Source: Jimgerdemannia flammicorona (lineage: Eukaryota). Taken from it: 64,000 nt of DNA. Positions 1 to 13,795 of this stretch are shown here, piece after piece. Below the pieces are notes generated by a model. The model was not told where the DNA came from. It saw only the letters and a program-made list of their open reading frames with translations, and searched no databases. Where the stretch lies: positions 1 through 64,000 of the forward strand of contig RBNJ01000006.1 in the NCBI GenBank assembly GCA_003990765.1, given 5' to 3'. The translations under genes were made by a program, and so were the position numbers. Within the stretch, counting starts at the first letter, position 1, and each line of letters starts with the position of its first letter.

Positions 1-420
1 CCCCCCCCCCCGGCCTAGCCCCACTATCAGCTATCATATCTGGATTTTTTTTTCAGATTAGTAGTCTCTTCTCTATCAGCAGTCCTGCTCTCCCCAGCCC
101 CTACTCCTCTAGCCCTACTACTACCATTACTCTGGGCCCCTCTATCCAGCCCTACAGCTCCCTCTTTCTTCTTGTCCTTCAGCAGCCAACTCTCTCATCC
201 AGTCACCAGATACTCTGCCTTGACCTTGTCAGCAAAACTTATTCTCCCAGGCTCCTGTCTGCTAGACCCACCTCTTTTATCTCCTTGTATATCAGCAAGA
301 GTGCTCAACAGAGTCTCTCCCAAGCTATGACCCCTCTCTACATACTGCTAGTCAAATGTACTTACACTATCCTACTCAGTACTCTCCTCAAATTACTTGT
401 TGCTCACTGTGTTATTATTA
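1..420 (-). mobile_element. 5' end (ORF1 start/5'UTR) of an L1/Tx1-like LINE running off the window edge
   Basis: Reverse complement translates to ISFADKVKAEYLVTG*ESWL and NLKKNPDMIADSG, matching ORF1 of the LINEs at 6544 (SITEKVKQGSLIAGLNKWL, NLEKNSDITADSG) and 25996 (TFADKIRMRKMASGLDSWL, DLAKNPDVMA). Right boundary approximate. Confidence 0.8.
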
Positions 421-2488
421 TATTTTCTTTAAAAATAATACTGAAAGTATTGTTTGAAGTTTGTATAACCTGAATTATACTAGAGAAAGATTCATATAAG
501 ATAATGATTCTTAATATATGAGTTATTTAAATATACTATATCTATTAAGTTAGGCACCAACTATATTATATATACTCAAGAAAGAGGTAATATCAGTATA
601 TATCTCTATTGGAATATCATAGAGTCTGTTGGTACTTTTTAGAATATATTATATATTCTGAAAATAAGAAAGAATCTCTTTTCAATCAGCAAAATGAGGT
701 TTATAGTAATAAAGAAATATATATACATTTGATAGAAACAATGGTATATAGTTTAAAGATGATAAGATGATTATAATAGAATCAAAATAAGATAATCTTT
801 ATATAATCAATAGTATACTAAGTGGTATAAAGATCACTATATATATGGTAACTATATCTAACATATTTACATATATTACCAATAATTGAGACATATAGGG
901 AAATTGAGTCTAAAATAGATGATAAGTAACAGATCTATATAAGGATTATTAACAATATACTCTAATGATAATTTCTGTAAGAATTGTATAGTAAATAAAG
1001 TATCTAGATGTCTATTTGAGAAGCAGACAAAATATATATTCAGTATACTTGATTTAATTCCTATAGATATATATGACTCGATATATACTACATTTTTATA
1101 GAGAGAAAAGATATTTTATTATATTTATTAATAACTATATATACAATATATAAGTATATTTTCTATTAGTAAAAAGTAAAGCCTTGGATAAATTTAGAGA
1201 GTTCTAAGCCATTATGAAGAATGAAATAGGATATAGAATATATACTATATGCTCAGATAATATATATAAATATATTCAAGTAGTGTCTGAGTAAATAATA
1301 TATACTATCAGATAACAATACTATATACTATAACAGAATAGTATGACTGAGCAATTTAACTGTATAGCTATAGAAATAGTATGAACAATGATCAATATGA
1401 CTGAATTATTATATTCTAATTAGGTTAAAGCTATCAATATAGTAGTATATATTTATATATAACTGATATATATATATCTCAATTATTAAGTAAGGAATCT
1501 AGTAATAATAATAAGTATTTTAGAGATAATAATCTTACTTCTAAAGAGTTATAGAGCAGAATGAAGCCAGATATATCATATCTATATATATTTAGATACA
1601 ACACATATATTCTTAACAAAATTAATACCAATTAGTATAAGTTTGAGCCAAAAGCCAGTAAATATATATTTCTTAGATATTCTAGCAAGATATATCAACT
1701 GTGAGATCTATGCAAATATTGTATAATAATCTCACATGATATATAGTTCAACAAAAAAGAAAATCAAAAATCCTATATAGATGTATCTATCAGAACCTCT
1801 ACTTCAATATTTTAACAAAGTATAATATTCAGTCAAACTCTCTGATAAAGTAAAATTATTTTCAACTACTATATATATCTGAGCTAGAGTTGTCTGAGCT
1901 AAGAATAATGAAAATTAAGAATGGTGAGACCTCTGATATAGTGAGGGGTTCTCTATATAGAGCAAGTATAAATACTCCAATATTCACTAAGAAACTTTTA
2001 TAAATTTAGAGAGTTATTGAGATATATCAAAGATATCTTAATACAAGGATTATATAGGCTATGTCTAGATATACAAATATATATTTTTTATAACTTCTAG
2101 TAAGCCAAACATATACAATAAAGTGATAACTTCTCCTGATAATAAAAAATAGAAGTAAGCTACATATAGATGAAGAGTATAATTTACTCATCAAAATGGC
2201 ACATGAGTTCTAATATCTCTTTAAAGCAATTGATAAGCCATGATATTATAATGAATATATAAGATCAAGTATAAGAATGAAAGAAATATAGAATAATATA
2301 AAGTATACTTTATTGCTAAGAATTATTTGTAAGATTATAGTATTGACTATGATGAGACATTTTTACTAGTATTCAAGCTTACTTTACTGAGAATACTTCT
2401 TATGATTAGTATTATATATAATCTGAAAATCTATTAGATATATATAAAGAAGGCTTTTCTCAATAGCAATATAGATATAGAGCTATAT

Positions 2489-4541
2489 TTTAAGTATACG
2501 ATCTCTAAGTTACTAAAATTACACATTACTCTCAGAAATTATCTGTCAGATTATGAAGCTGAGTAAAATCAAAGTCACAGATTATAAAGCTGAGTCAACT
2601 CAAAGTTACAGAATATAAGATTTATAAAAATAGAATCTTATCAATCAGAACTAAAAGTATATATATCAAATATATAGTATATCAAAACAAGAAACTACAA
2701 TAAATAATAACTATAACTCTCAATTATACACTCAACTATAACTACTGAAGTCTACAACTGCATCTGTGCTAATATTTGAAATATTATTATCAATTAGACC
2801 ACAGTATCTCTATATCTCATAAATATCCATAGTCTAGCACCTCTCTATTTTGTAGAAGCTCAATAGAATACCCTAAATATACTTAGTGAGACCTACTAAA
2901 TCAGACAAATCTCAAGCTATTATTAGATCAGCTGACTCTTGGAAGATATGGTTAACTATCTCTATAATACAGATATTACCAAAATGTCTTAACATCAGAA
3001 ACTCATTGCCAATAAATACTGAGAGCTCTTCTATGAGTATAGTATTTTTATTTTCTGTCTCCAAGTTACTACTACTGAAATGATTGCTATCCTAACCTAT
3101 GGCCAAATCGATGACATAGTATGAGAATTCAACCACAAGTATATTGAGTATACTCAAATCATAGACAGACTCTTCTTATATCTAGATAACTATATTCTAC
3201 AAATATCTTAAGTTAGATATGTTATAAAGATTATCTATGATATAATCTAGTTTGATAATAATGAAGCTAAAGACAATAATCTCTCTGATACCAATATGAT
3301 CTCCAGCCAAGGATCTCTGCTAATGTTGATCACTCCACCAACCTTGCTGATGAACTTACAACCGTTTATATTATATATAAAACCTATTGGGATAATGACT
3401 ACTGGTGTAAGTACTAACCTATATTCATATCTGACTACTTTAACTATATACGTATAATGAGGAGATTAGAGAATATAACCTATACCTCCAGACAACTCTC
3501 AAGATAGAACTAAAAACTCTACCTTCTAAGTATAAGCAGAATGAAGAACAGCTTCCAGTATATTATAACTCTGCAATACATAGTACTATAACTTATCAAA
3601 GATATGCTGATACGTATGTAGTAAATCTAATGAAAGTAGAGATAATATATCTCTTCTCTACCTATCTACACCCTACCCAATATATAAGACAGATGATACC
3701 ATCCTGTAGAATAGTGATATGGTCTCAATATATATATTACTATATGAATAAATAGAGAGATATAATTCAAGAATGTTCTTTCTAGATGACTACTTCATCA
3801 GAGATAATATCATTGATAGTGATCTTATTAAAGAATATCTAAATAGTATCTAAACCTATAAATAGCATAACAGTTATTAGTATAGTTAGATTAGCCTTAT
3901 TCTATATAACTGTATTCTAACTCAGCAGTTAGTTGATCTCTTGATATATCAGTTCACACTTATACTATGTGACTATATTCTAATTTATCAAAGTACTAAG
4001 TACTATATCTATATTTAGTATAGTCCAGATAGCCTCTCATTAGTATAAATATCTGCTCTCTCAAATCCCAGAAACTCAGATAAGAATATAGATATGAATA
4101 AGTCAAGAATACTCTCTATATAAATATTTCTTTACATACTACTCCTAGTATTAGCCAATAGCAATATTATAAATAGTGAATAAATTTATTTAATAACTCA
4201 CAAATTACTCTTAAGTAAAACTATACTATACTAGGTCTCACTTCTAACTAGATTCTGAAATTTCCTAATTGAGTATTGTCTATAGTGATATGCTGATTCA
4301 ACTAAGCTGATCTTAGTTTCTTGAAATTCCTAAAATATAAAAAATTCTAAATATCTAGAATAAGTTCAAGAAAGGACTTTAGTTGAAATATTGACTCAAT
4401 CTTGAAATCAATAAGTATAGAGGATGTTCTCTATATGAAATTGATCTTGATCTTAAGAAAATAGTCTTCTAGAATATCCAGAACTTTCTGAAAACCCTTT
4501 CAGAACTATATAATGATACTCTAATAAAGTACCCTCTTAGA
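2489..4541 (+). repeat. 5' LTR of Gypsy family A
   Basis: Colinear with 13796-15851 and with the reverse complement of 42298-44316; differences are mostly transitions. TATA-like TATAAATA near 4045, AATAAA near 4180. Confidence 0.92.
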
Positions 4542-4544
4542 ACT

Positions 4545-4556
4545 TGGTAGTAGTGA
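4545..4556 (+). promoter_or_regulatory. Putative primer-binding site (tRNA-iMet-like, decayed)
   Basis: TGGTAGTAGTGA 3 bp after the LTR end; resembles TGGTAGCAG of an iMet PBS with C>T decay. tRNA identity is inference. Confidence 0.55.
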
Positions 4557-6509
4557 TTTACAATTTTATTCTGCTTCAAGATATTTCCTCACCTAACTAT
4601 AACTATCTACAGAAATTCCTATAAGTTAGTATAAATTCCAATTACTAAACTGGAATTTATTCTGAACTATCTGACAATCTGAAGTGAATTGAACCTAATA
4701 TATAAGGATAATTAGACCTCTACACCTATAATAAGTGAGACAAGCTTTATATATATAAAGAGTACTCTAATTAAATCAGCAAATAGGCAAAACTCTATTC
4801 AATAAACTTCTTACTCTATACCCTGTAAGTATAGAAGTCTTCTTTACTCTTCTCAATAAGAGTTTTATAAGTTCTATATACTTAAGCAATCTAGAACAAC
4901 TACAGGTATCTTCCTAATCTTAATTCCTTATGAAGCACAAGCCTCTATAGTCAGTGGCTCAACTCTACTAACTATCACCATACCAGGACCAAGGCTGCCC
5001 TATACTATTATTTCCAGAATTACAAGACCCATCATATTTTTAAAGAAGAAGTCAGAGAAACTCTTTACCAATAACCAGACTCTGAGCCAGAAGCAGGCCC
5101 AGCTACAACCTTACCTAAACCTAAAGTAGAACCAGAACTAGCTTTTGATTTAAGCCTATCTCAAATCTGATATATAACAGATACCATCTACTTCAATACT
5201 GAACAAACTCAGCTACATAAAGACTAAAGCAAAGAAGAGAAGGAGTATCTCATTAAATTTGATTCTGGATATACTGATAAAGAAGATACACCTTCTTTTA
5301 GATAAAACACCCCTACAGAATAACAGATAGTTATCTATTAAGCTCTTATACCAGACCTATAACAGTTACTCTAGCAACTCCCACAGACTCAGAGAACACT
5401 ATATATCAAACTCTATACTAGTACCTCAAGTTATACCAGTAACCCCACTATCAGTAGTTCAACTATCTCCAGTAAACAATATGACAAACTAGTAAATTCT
5501 AGACCTCAGCACTCAGATAACTATAATGGTAGCAACTATCACTACCCTAGCTAAACAGACTAGACCAATAAAGAGCTGGAGTCTACCTATCTTTAATAGT
5601 ACTACATAGAAAGTTCAAAGCTTTATTAGTATAGTTAATACTAACTTGAAAGCCAATCAATAGATAAACAAGTGAGTTACTAACTATCTTCTGATAAATA
5701 ACCAAGACCACACTATCAAACAACTCCTTGCTATTATTACAGCTTATATTTATTAAGTTATTACATTCTTCTATGGATCTGCTGAAGAATGATAGCAAAC
5801 CTTTTCTGAAAAACTCTTCATATGGGATATCCAACTAGTAGTTGTTACCCAAAATGTAACATATAGTGCCCTGGTATATAGAGACCACTTTATGGTCTCT
5901 GGGCTCAAATAACTCATAATTACTCAATATTAAAGTGAAACTCTGATTATGAAATCTCAAGTAAAACTCTACAATCTCAAATTTGATATATATGGTAAAA
6001 AGGAATTTGAAACCTTCTATATAAAACTCAAGTCACTCCTAAATACTATTGATCTATAAAATGAACTATTTATTCAATGTTCTATCAGAATAGCTTATAG
6101 AAAGATCTGAGAACAAGAATACCTAGTTGATTATAATTACCCACAATGATGCCTGATAAGAATCAAGACTATAGTCAAGTAAATTCTAATAGCAGACCAA
6201 TTCTGCCTTAAAAACAATTCAATAATATGGAAAAATTCTGAACTAAGAAAGAAGAACTCAAGCATAAAGCATCCTGAGCACCTTCTATATCTATCTCTTA
6301 GATACTCTGAAATTCTGAACTCACCCAGCTGAGTATCTTTTAGAAACTCACTGAAGGAGAAAGAAATGAACTCTGAAAAAGTTGAGTATGCTTCTACTAT
6401 TAAAAGAGAGAATATATAGCCAGTACCTGCTCTAATCAAAAACTCTGAACAATAATATGAGCTACTGTTATTACTCTATACTACTTCAATAATCTGACTA
6501 CCAAGATAC

Positions 6510-8492
6510 TAGACTTTGTCAAGTTAAGGATAACAGCGATGGTCTCCATCTACCAAGACAGCTATCTCTGATATATCACATATTATACAAACACATACCA
6601 ACTACTTTTACACTATTCTTTGGGGAAGCATCTTAAGAACATATCCTTGAAACAGAGTTCAATAGAGTATACTGGGTAGGATAGCTCTAGTGCATTTGGC
6701 TGGCAGTATGTGGGGAGGGGTCAGGGAGCAGGGTTGGAGATACTAAGCACTTTGGTAAATGAAAAGGGGGTTGGCAATAGTGAAGGAGAAGGCAAGATAT
6801 AGCCAGGAGAGAATCAGATGAGCATTACTGAGAAGGTCAAGCAGGGGAGTCTGATAGCTGGACTGAATAAATGGCTGTAGGGGGGCAAAGAAAAGACTAC
6901 TACTGAGGGACTGAGGGGGGCTCTCTTGGGAGTATCTGGTGGAAGGATCAGTTGTATAGTAGCTAGGGGTGTGACTCTTGATGGAGTAGTAACTGGTAAT
7001 CTAGAAAAAAATTCAGATATAACTGCTGATAGTGGGGCTGAGAAGATGGGGCCTGGCCAGATGGGAGATCTGATAGATGGTATAATGAGTCTGGTAGTAG
7101 CCCCATTACTTAAGAAGTTGATCTCAGAGTTCACAGTCACTTTGTACTTCCAGGGCTTAGCAGTAACAATGAAGATAGTCTTGAGGATGATTGCTAAGCA
7201 GATGGATAGTACAGTATCCATAAAGTTCCTGAGGGGTTTGGAAGGAGTAAAGGTAGATTTTGAGAAGACTGGATCATTGAAGGCCATGCTGAAGGCAGGA
7301 CTGACTATTGGGAAGATATGTGTCCTGATAGTATGATGTTTAAGATGGAACCCCAGAGTGGTACAGCTTCTGGTGAAAGGCATATCTATGGTAACTGCTA
7401 TAGAGATGAGGAGGAGAGTTGAGGAGATTATAGCTAAGTATAGAGAGGTAGTCGATGTGGGGTTTCAGGTCTGGAAAGGAACCTCATTCAGAATAGGAGA
7501 TATTGATATCTAGATTTAACTGGCTAAGAGGGAGGCTATTAAGAATATTCATTATTGGCCATTAGTGATAGTATAGGGGACCTTTTGATGAGGGTGAAGA
7601 GGAGTGAGAAGGAGGAGGAGGAGGAGGATTTGTTGACTTTTGGTTAGTAGTTGGAAATTGACTAGATGTTATGAGGAGAGGAGATGGGGAGCAGGATAGA
7701 TGGGAGGATCTGAGAGTTAGATTGATAGAGGGGGTTGGGAAGGAGTGGCTCACTATGGGTTGGGTGTTGGCTATATGGATGGGGCTAATGGGATACTGGT
7801 TATTTGTTTTTGAGAAAGGGAGATGCTTGGGGTTGAGGGAGAGACTATTGTGGTGAGAAGGATTAATAGAGGATGTCTTGATGAGCTGGTGGCTGGGATG
7901 GGGTCTGCAGGGCAGTCAGAGATATTGTTTGATAGAGAAAATTTGTGGGTAGAGTAGAGAGAGAGTTAGAGTAGTGAGTGGTAAGATAGTATTTAAGTGT
8001 GAGAGTGTGGGAGAGGGGGGGCCTAGGGGGATTGGGTAGTGGGAGAGAGTACTGTACTTATATTGATAGACTGGTAATAAATGACAAAGAAAAAAAAAGA
8101 AAAAAAACAGCTATGGTTTTAACTAAAGAAGTCAAAAAGTAGCTGGATATGATTTATATATAGCTGAAAAAGTTATAGTTTTCTAACTGAGAATTCAAGC
8201 AAGTCTATATAGGAATCAGTATTCAAATTTCTAAAGAATATATTGGAAGGATATGCTATTACAGCAGTCTAACATTAAAAAAACTCTCAGTAGAAGGAGG
8301 AGTTATTGATAAAGATTATATAGGTAAAATCATTATCCTCATCTGAAACTATAGTTAGACACTATTCAAGATCTCTATCAGTTATTGTATTGTATAGATT
8401 CTATTTGAGAAAATTAAATCAATTCTGATAGTTAAGAAAGTTTCTGAATTATTATATTCTATCTAAGGATTCAAAGGATTTGGTTCATCAAA
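6510..8492 (+). pseudogene. dUTPase domain of element A, interrupted near its start by a LINE (6544-8105)
   Basis: LDFVKLRITAMV before the LINE; after it AGYDL, decayed motif II (YSSLT), EGGVIDKDYIGKI (motif III) and KGFGSS (motif V). Confidence 0.85.
6544..8105 (+). mobile_element. Internally deleted L1/Tx1-like LINE (5' part of ORF1 joined to the ORF2 tail and 3'UTR, poly(A))
   Basis: ORF 6926-7336 aligns with ORF1 26280-27002 (APLLKK..EFTVT). ORF 7671-7856 aligns with the ORF2 C-terminus 31345-31541 (EWLTMGWVLAIWMGLMGYW vs EWLTLDWALAIWVGLAGHW). AATAAA plus A-tail; TSD AACAGC(G/T)ATGGT at 6532-6543 / 8106-8117. Confidence 0.88.
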
Positions 8493-9301
8493 TAAGGCTC
8501 TGGCTCAACCTACTATAAATAGAGAGGAATAATTCTATAGAAAAATTGAAGATAGATTTGTACCAAGTGACCAATATCTCTATAGTATTGGAATATACTC
8601 TTCTCAAATAATTGATGATTACTTCACTTATATCAATAAGTTAGCCTAATGAAGAACTAAAAGAAGGAAACCTCTTATAACTAAAATCACTACCATTGAA
8701 TCAGACAAACTGCTAAGTATATATTACTCTCCAAATTATACCACTTCTTTATAATGAGATCATCCCTGAGACTCTATAGTTAAAACTATAGAACCTTATG
8801 ATCAATTGGATAAACTATTCTTTGATCATCAAGAAAGAATTCCACAACTTCAAACTATAAAGCAAAAGAGACTCACTCAGTTCAGCAATCCAGACTGAAA
8901 GTTTACTCATATCAATAAACTACAACTTAAGAAATTAGCTAAGAAATTTGCTCTCTTTGCTATTTCTATATATCTATCTAAATAAGAATCTGAGAACCTT
9001 GAGGAAGACTTTTCCAAAGTCAATTGTCATATTAGACCCTTACTTCAGAAATTCTGAGATATATTCCCAAAGAAACTTCCTAAAGATCTACTACTAAAAT
9101 GAGCTATTGACTATACAATCAAAACTATTCCTAATGCCAAGTCAGTCTTTAAGTCAATCTACTATATATCTCTTAGCAAAATCAATATACTCAAGAAAGA
9201 GATTGATGAGCTTTTAGAATTAGGATTAATTAGACCTAGTATATTACTATATAGTACACCAGTTCTCTTTATCATCAAAAAAGGAGAAGACCTCTGAATA
9301 T

Positions 9302-10776
9302 TGTCACATAGTGGTTGCTGAGTTCCTCAAATATGCCAGTTTCTCTTCAAGGTGTATCTCTTAGACTAACTCAAGTTTGTTATAAGCAAGTTCTTATTGA
9401 AGTGCCTTCCAAAGGTCATATAGTCCTCAAACTTCTTATCTTTAACTGTCTTGTTATCTCTTAGATTGCTTGCAAGGAAGTATGTATAAGTGAAACCAGA
9501 ACTAACTTTATTTCAGAGGAAATAAGAGGGATATTTATACAAAATATAATTCAATAGTTGCTAAGATATAAAGCTAAATATAATTTCCAATAACTAAAAC
9601 TACTTAAGTTCTAGGATTGGTACTGATGGTTGTATAGGTTCAGAATGCTGGTATAATTCAGTGTCACATCAGAATACCAGTGCTGGAACAATTTCGCATC
9701 ACCTCAGAATACCAGTGCTGGCATTATCCAGTATAACAAAGAACTTAAAGCAGAAAGTTCAGGATTATGGGGGCTTCATCAACATCATTACTGAAGGAGA
9801 TGAGATCTGTGAATTTTTCATTTTTACATGCTTCGATGTTGTGTGGGATGACATCATTACTAATGATATCATCACATTTGGCAGGGAAATCAGGGGCTCT
9901 CCAATCTATGAGGTTCTCTTCCACAAAATAAGGGACAAATGTGGGGTCTTGTGGAGATCTAACCTGGATGCTTGGGCCTTGAAATACTGAGATCAATCCT
10001 TGCAGAAATTGGTCTGGGTTGTCCTGGAGGATAGGATGCCAGAAGTCTTCTACTTCATCACTATTGAGGGTGATAGTGAACTGGGCTTCTGTAGCCACTC
10101 TGGCTTCTAGTGCATTGTTATGGCAGGATGACAGGTCTCTGAAATCTGAGACTCTAACATACTCCAAGTTGGGGATTGACTATGGTGCATGCCTGAAGAT
10201 CTGATAGATCTTCTTAGCTGTCCTCATTTTACATATATCTATAGGAGTGGCATCTTGTAGCTCTTGAGTGCTGGCCTGTGGGAACTCCTGGTAGAGGATG
10301 TTTCCTATTTTGTACTCCTGCCATATTTGAAGGCATTCAGTGGCAATGGTGATCCTTGTTTCCATTTTATAGTGATAGAGGATAAAGTGATAGAGATCTG
10401 CAGTATCCAGGTTAACACTAGGAGTCCTTCTTGAGCAGGTCCTCATGGCTCTTCTGATGTCTTGGAACATCCTTTCCTTGACCAAGATACTTTGGTGGTT
10501 CCTTGATCTTGAGGTTTGGCAAGCAGCAGGCATTTTATTTGTAGTAAGTCTTTGAGCTATTTTGGGATTGGTGGTTCTTATTGGTTGCTGCTACTGTGGT
10601 TCCTTGATCCTTCTTTTATATTCTTCAGGATGCTTGTACTGTGGTCACAATGACTTACAGTTGGTCATCATTGCTCATCTCATATGCTGTATGATCTCCT
10701 TGTGCTCCGATCTGGTGACTTGTGAGAAAAGGTTGTCTCTTGTGCTGATGTCATCATTTCTGAAGTCACTGTTACA
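9302..10776 (-). mobile_element. Solo LTR, Gypsy family B, carrying an ORF in U3
   Basis: TG...CA termini, 4-bp TSD ATAT; removing it restores the host RT frame. Homologous to the LTR at 18241-21219, which is followed by PBS-gag-protease. Confidence 0.88.
9745..10776 (-). pseudogene. ~344-codon accessory ORF in family B LTR U3 (unknown function)
   Basis: One frame from the first LTR base to 9745 that includes track ORFs 10180-10533 and 9745-10167. The four internal stops are TGA/TAG explainable by C>T. Conserved at protein level in 18520-19200. Confidence 0.75.
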
Positions 10777-13700
10777 ATATATATTAACTATCAGGATCTC
10801 AATAAGTAGGCTATAAAAAACTATTATCTACTATCCTGAATTGATAAAATATTTAATAGGCTTACTGACTCACAATTCATAAGCTCTTTTGACCTATGAA
10901 ATAGCTACTGGCAAATTGCTATAAAAGAAGAAGATATTATTAAAACTGCCTTCTGAACTCATTATAGATATTTTGAGTTTCTGGTTATACTCTTTGGCTT
11001 AACCAATACTCTTGCAACCTTCCAGACTCTGATGAATACTATTCTACACCTATATCTAGACAAATTTATTATTATCTATATTGATAATATCCTATTCTTC
11101 AGCAAAACCCTGGAGGAATATCTGGAACATCTCGAACTAATACTACTGAAGCTTTGAAAAAACCAACTTTTTGTGAAATTTAACAAATATAAATTCTCTT
11201 GAAGGAAATTTAATTCCTTAGATATATTATTACTTCTAAAAAAATTAAAGTAGACCCAAGCAAAATCTCCACAATCAAGAAATGGTCCAGCCCCAAGAAG
11301 CTAAAAGACCTTCAGTCTTTTCTAGGATTAGCAAACTATTATAAGTGATTTGTTACAAACTTTATCAAGATTACTACTGCTCTTATCCAAATAACCAAAC
11401 ATAGTAAAAAGAAAGAACAGCTCTGGACTACAAAGTAAGAAAAAGACTTCAATAACTTTGTTAAATAGGAATCTGAACAGGATACAGCCTTTTAAGCTCT
11501 AAAAGATATCCTGATAACTACTCTGATACTTCAAGTAGTGAATCTTACTCTGCTATCTGATATTATTACTAATGTCTCTGACCTAGCTCTTGGAGCAGTA
11601 CTTATATATAAGAAGGAAATATTAGTCATTGTAGACACTTTGATCAAATAGTACCTATATCTTGAAGAAGTATACTTTACTATATTAATAGACTACAAAT
11701 AATTAATCAATATCAAGACCCAGACTATTCTTTTCTAAAAACAAGTCAGATAGATGAAAGTCCTCATTAATTTTGACTATAAAATCCAATACTGCCCAGG
11801 TAAGAAAAATATTATTACTGATATAATCTTCAGACTACTAATCAAAGAAGTCATAAAAACTCTGACCTTGGTTACTAACTCTATTATGGAATAAATTATT
11901 ATAATATGCACTGATGATAAAGCAGCTTAAATACTCTGAGAAATCCTGAACAGTGATAATATTGATAAGTACTCTTAGTATTATCAATACTAATTGAAGA
12001 ATAATACTATCTATAATAAAGATAGAATATATATTCCTAACAATCAAGACCTCTATAGGGCTATTCTGTTTGAATGTTATAATGCTCCTATAGCTGGATA
12101 TTTAGGATTTGGTAAATACTATAAGGTTATTTTTCAAAACTTCTATTAGCTCCATATAGCAGATCAGCTAAAGATTTATATCACTTCCTATAAAGCCTAC
12201 TAATATGTATAATAAGTTCTCAACTCTAGCAAAGCCTAGATTACTTCACTCTATTCCAGTTCTTTCTGCTAATTGAAAAATCACTATAGACTTTATTATA
12301 TAAATACCCTAAACTAAGAATGGGAAAATACAATTGTTGTCATTATAGATTATCATAGCAAACAAGCCCACTTTATATCTATGACTATAACTGTAATAGT
12401 ATCTAAAATTACTATACTCTTATTTGATAATATCTTTTACTAGTATGGTCTTTCTAAGATTATTATTAGTAACTAAGATTCAAAATTCACCAGCTATTTT
12501 TGGAAAGTCCTATATATATATCTTAGAATGAAACTTATACTATCTACTGCCTTTTATCCTGAGACTGATGACCAAACTAAAAGGATGAACTGAACTCTGA
12601 AGCAAATGCTAAGGAACTATATTTGCTATAGGTAAGATAATTGATATGAATATCTTACTACAGCCAAGTTTGCCTACAATATTAGCAAACAAGTCTTCCT
12701 TAGAATGACTCCATTCTTTGCCAATATAGGATAAATCCTAAGCATCTCTCTAACACTTATCAGAATTACTGATATACTCTCTATAGTTTGAGCTGTTGAA
12801 GAATTTCTACTCTAGATATACAACTTAAGCCAGATTGTATTTGAGAATTTATCTTAAGCTTAAGAATAACAATTATAGTATATTAACCAGTACTACTAAG
12901 AAGAAACCTATGATATCAGATAAAAGGTTTTATTAGATATCTGAGGATATCATATTGATAACCTCAAATATAGACTCTCTACAAAGCTGAATAGTAAGTT
13001 AATTGGACCATTTGAGGTCATTATACAAGTCTCTCCAATATCCTATAAATTAGCACTACCAGATATCATCAAGATTCACCCAGCCTTCAATATTCAATAT
13101 CTCAAGCAGTATAATGAAAATGATAATGAACTATTCCCAAATCAAACTACAACACTACCTGTATCTATTATTATTAATAATTAAGAAGAATACAAAGTTA
13201 AATAAATCCTCAACAAATATGGCCACAAGAACTACCCAGAATATCTTATTAAATGAAAATATTATCAGATCCATTATGCCACATGAGAACCCAAAACAAC
13301 CCTCCAGAATACTGCTAACTTAGTTCAAGAATATGACTCCTTGAACTACTAGTTCAAATACTCCAATACCTATCATTTCTATACTATATATTATCCCTCC
13401 TAAATATTATTAAAAGCACTTTTATAAATATCATAAATGAAATCAAAAACTCAGCAAATCAAGATAAGAAATATTGATCCTTTAGAAAAATAGCAAAACT
13501 GAAAGCCAGTCTATTCTCCTCATACTACTGGTGAGAAATGAGATATAGATATTTAAGAAGATTTCTTAGAGAAAATTTTCCAGCAGTATATGATATCAGA
13601 ATCACTTCTGGTATATAGTATTGAATACATGACTCTTTAATATATAAATTCAATACATTAGACAACTATACTATAAGCATACCACTTTCTGAAAAAATGT

Positions 13701-13795
13701 ATATTATTGGACTTTTGACTATCCAAATAATGTAACAATACTAGACCAAATTAAAAGACCTCAATGAGAATGTCAAAAACTAAGAAGGAGAGAGT

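Larger units (their letters stand above)
9050..13338 (+). pseudogene. Element A RT - RNase H - integrase - chromodomain (stop-riddled; RT split by solo LTR 9302-10776)
   Basis: ELLELGLIRPS; DL*I|YINYQDLNK across the insertion; FGLTN; YIDN (YxDD); FLGLANYY; TAFYPETDDQTKRMN; LIGPFEV; chromodomain EEYKVK*ILNK..EYLIK*KYY..AT*EP at ~13185-13338. Confidence 0.9.

Noticed and set aside
8500-9040. Protease of element A between dUTPase and RT
   Set aside because: In-frame translation shows no D[ST]G or ILGxxW motif, so dUTPase position relative to protease cannot be stated.
13340-13790. Extra ORF between chromodomain and PPT in element A
   Set aside because: Only one heavily mutated copy; no frame could be preferred.
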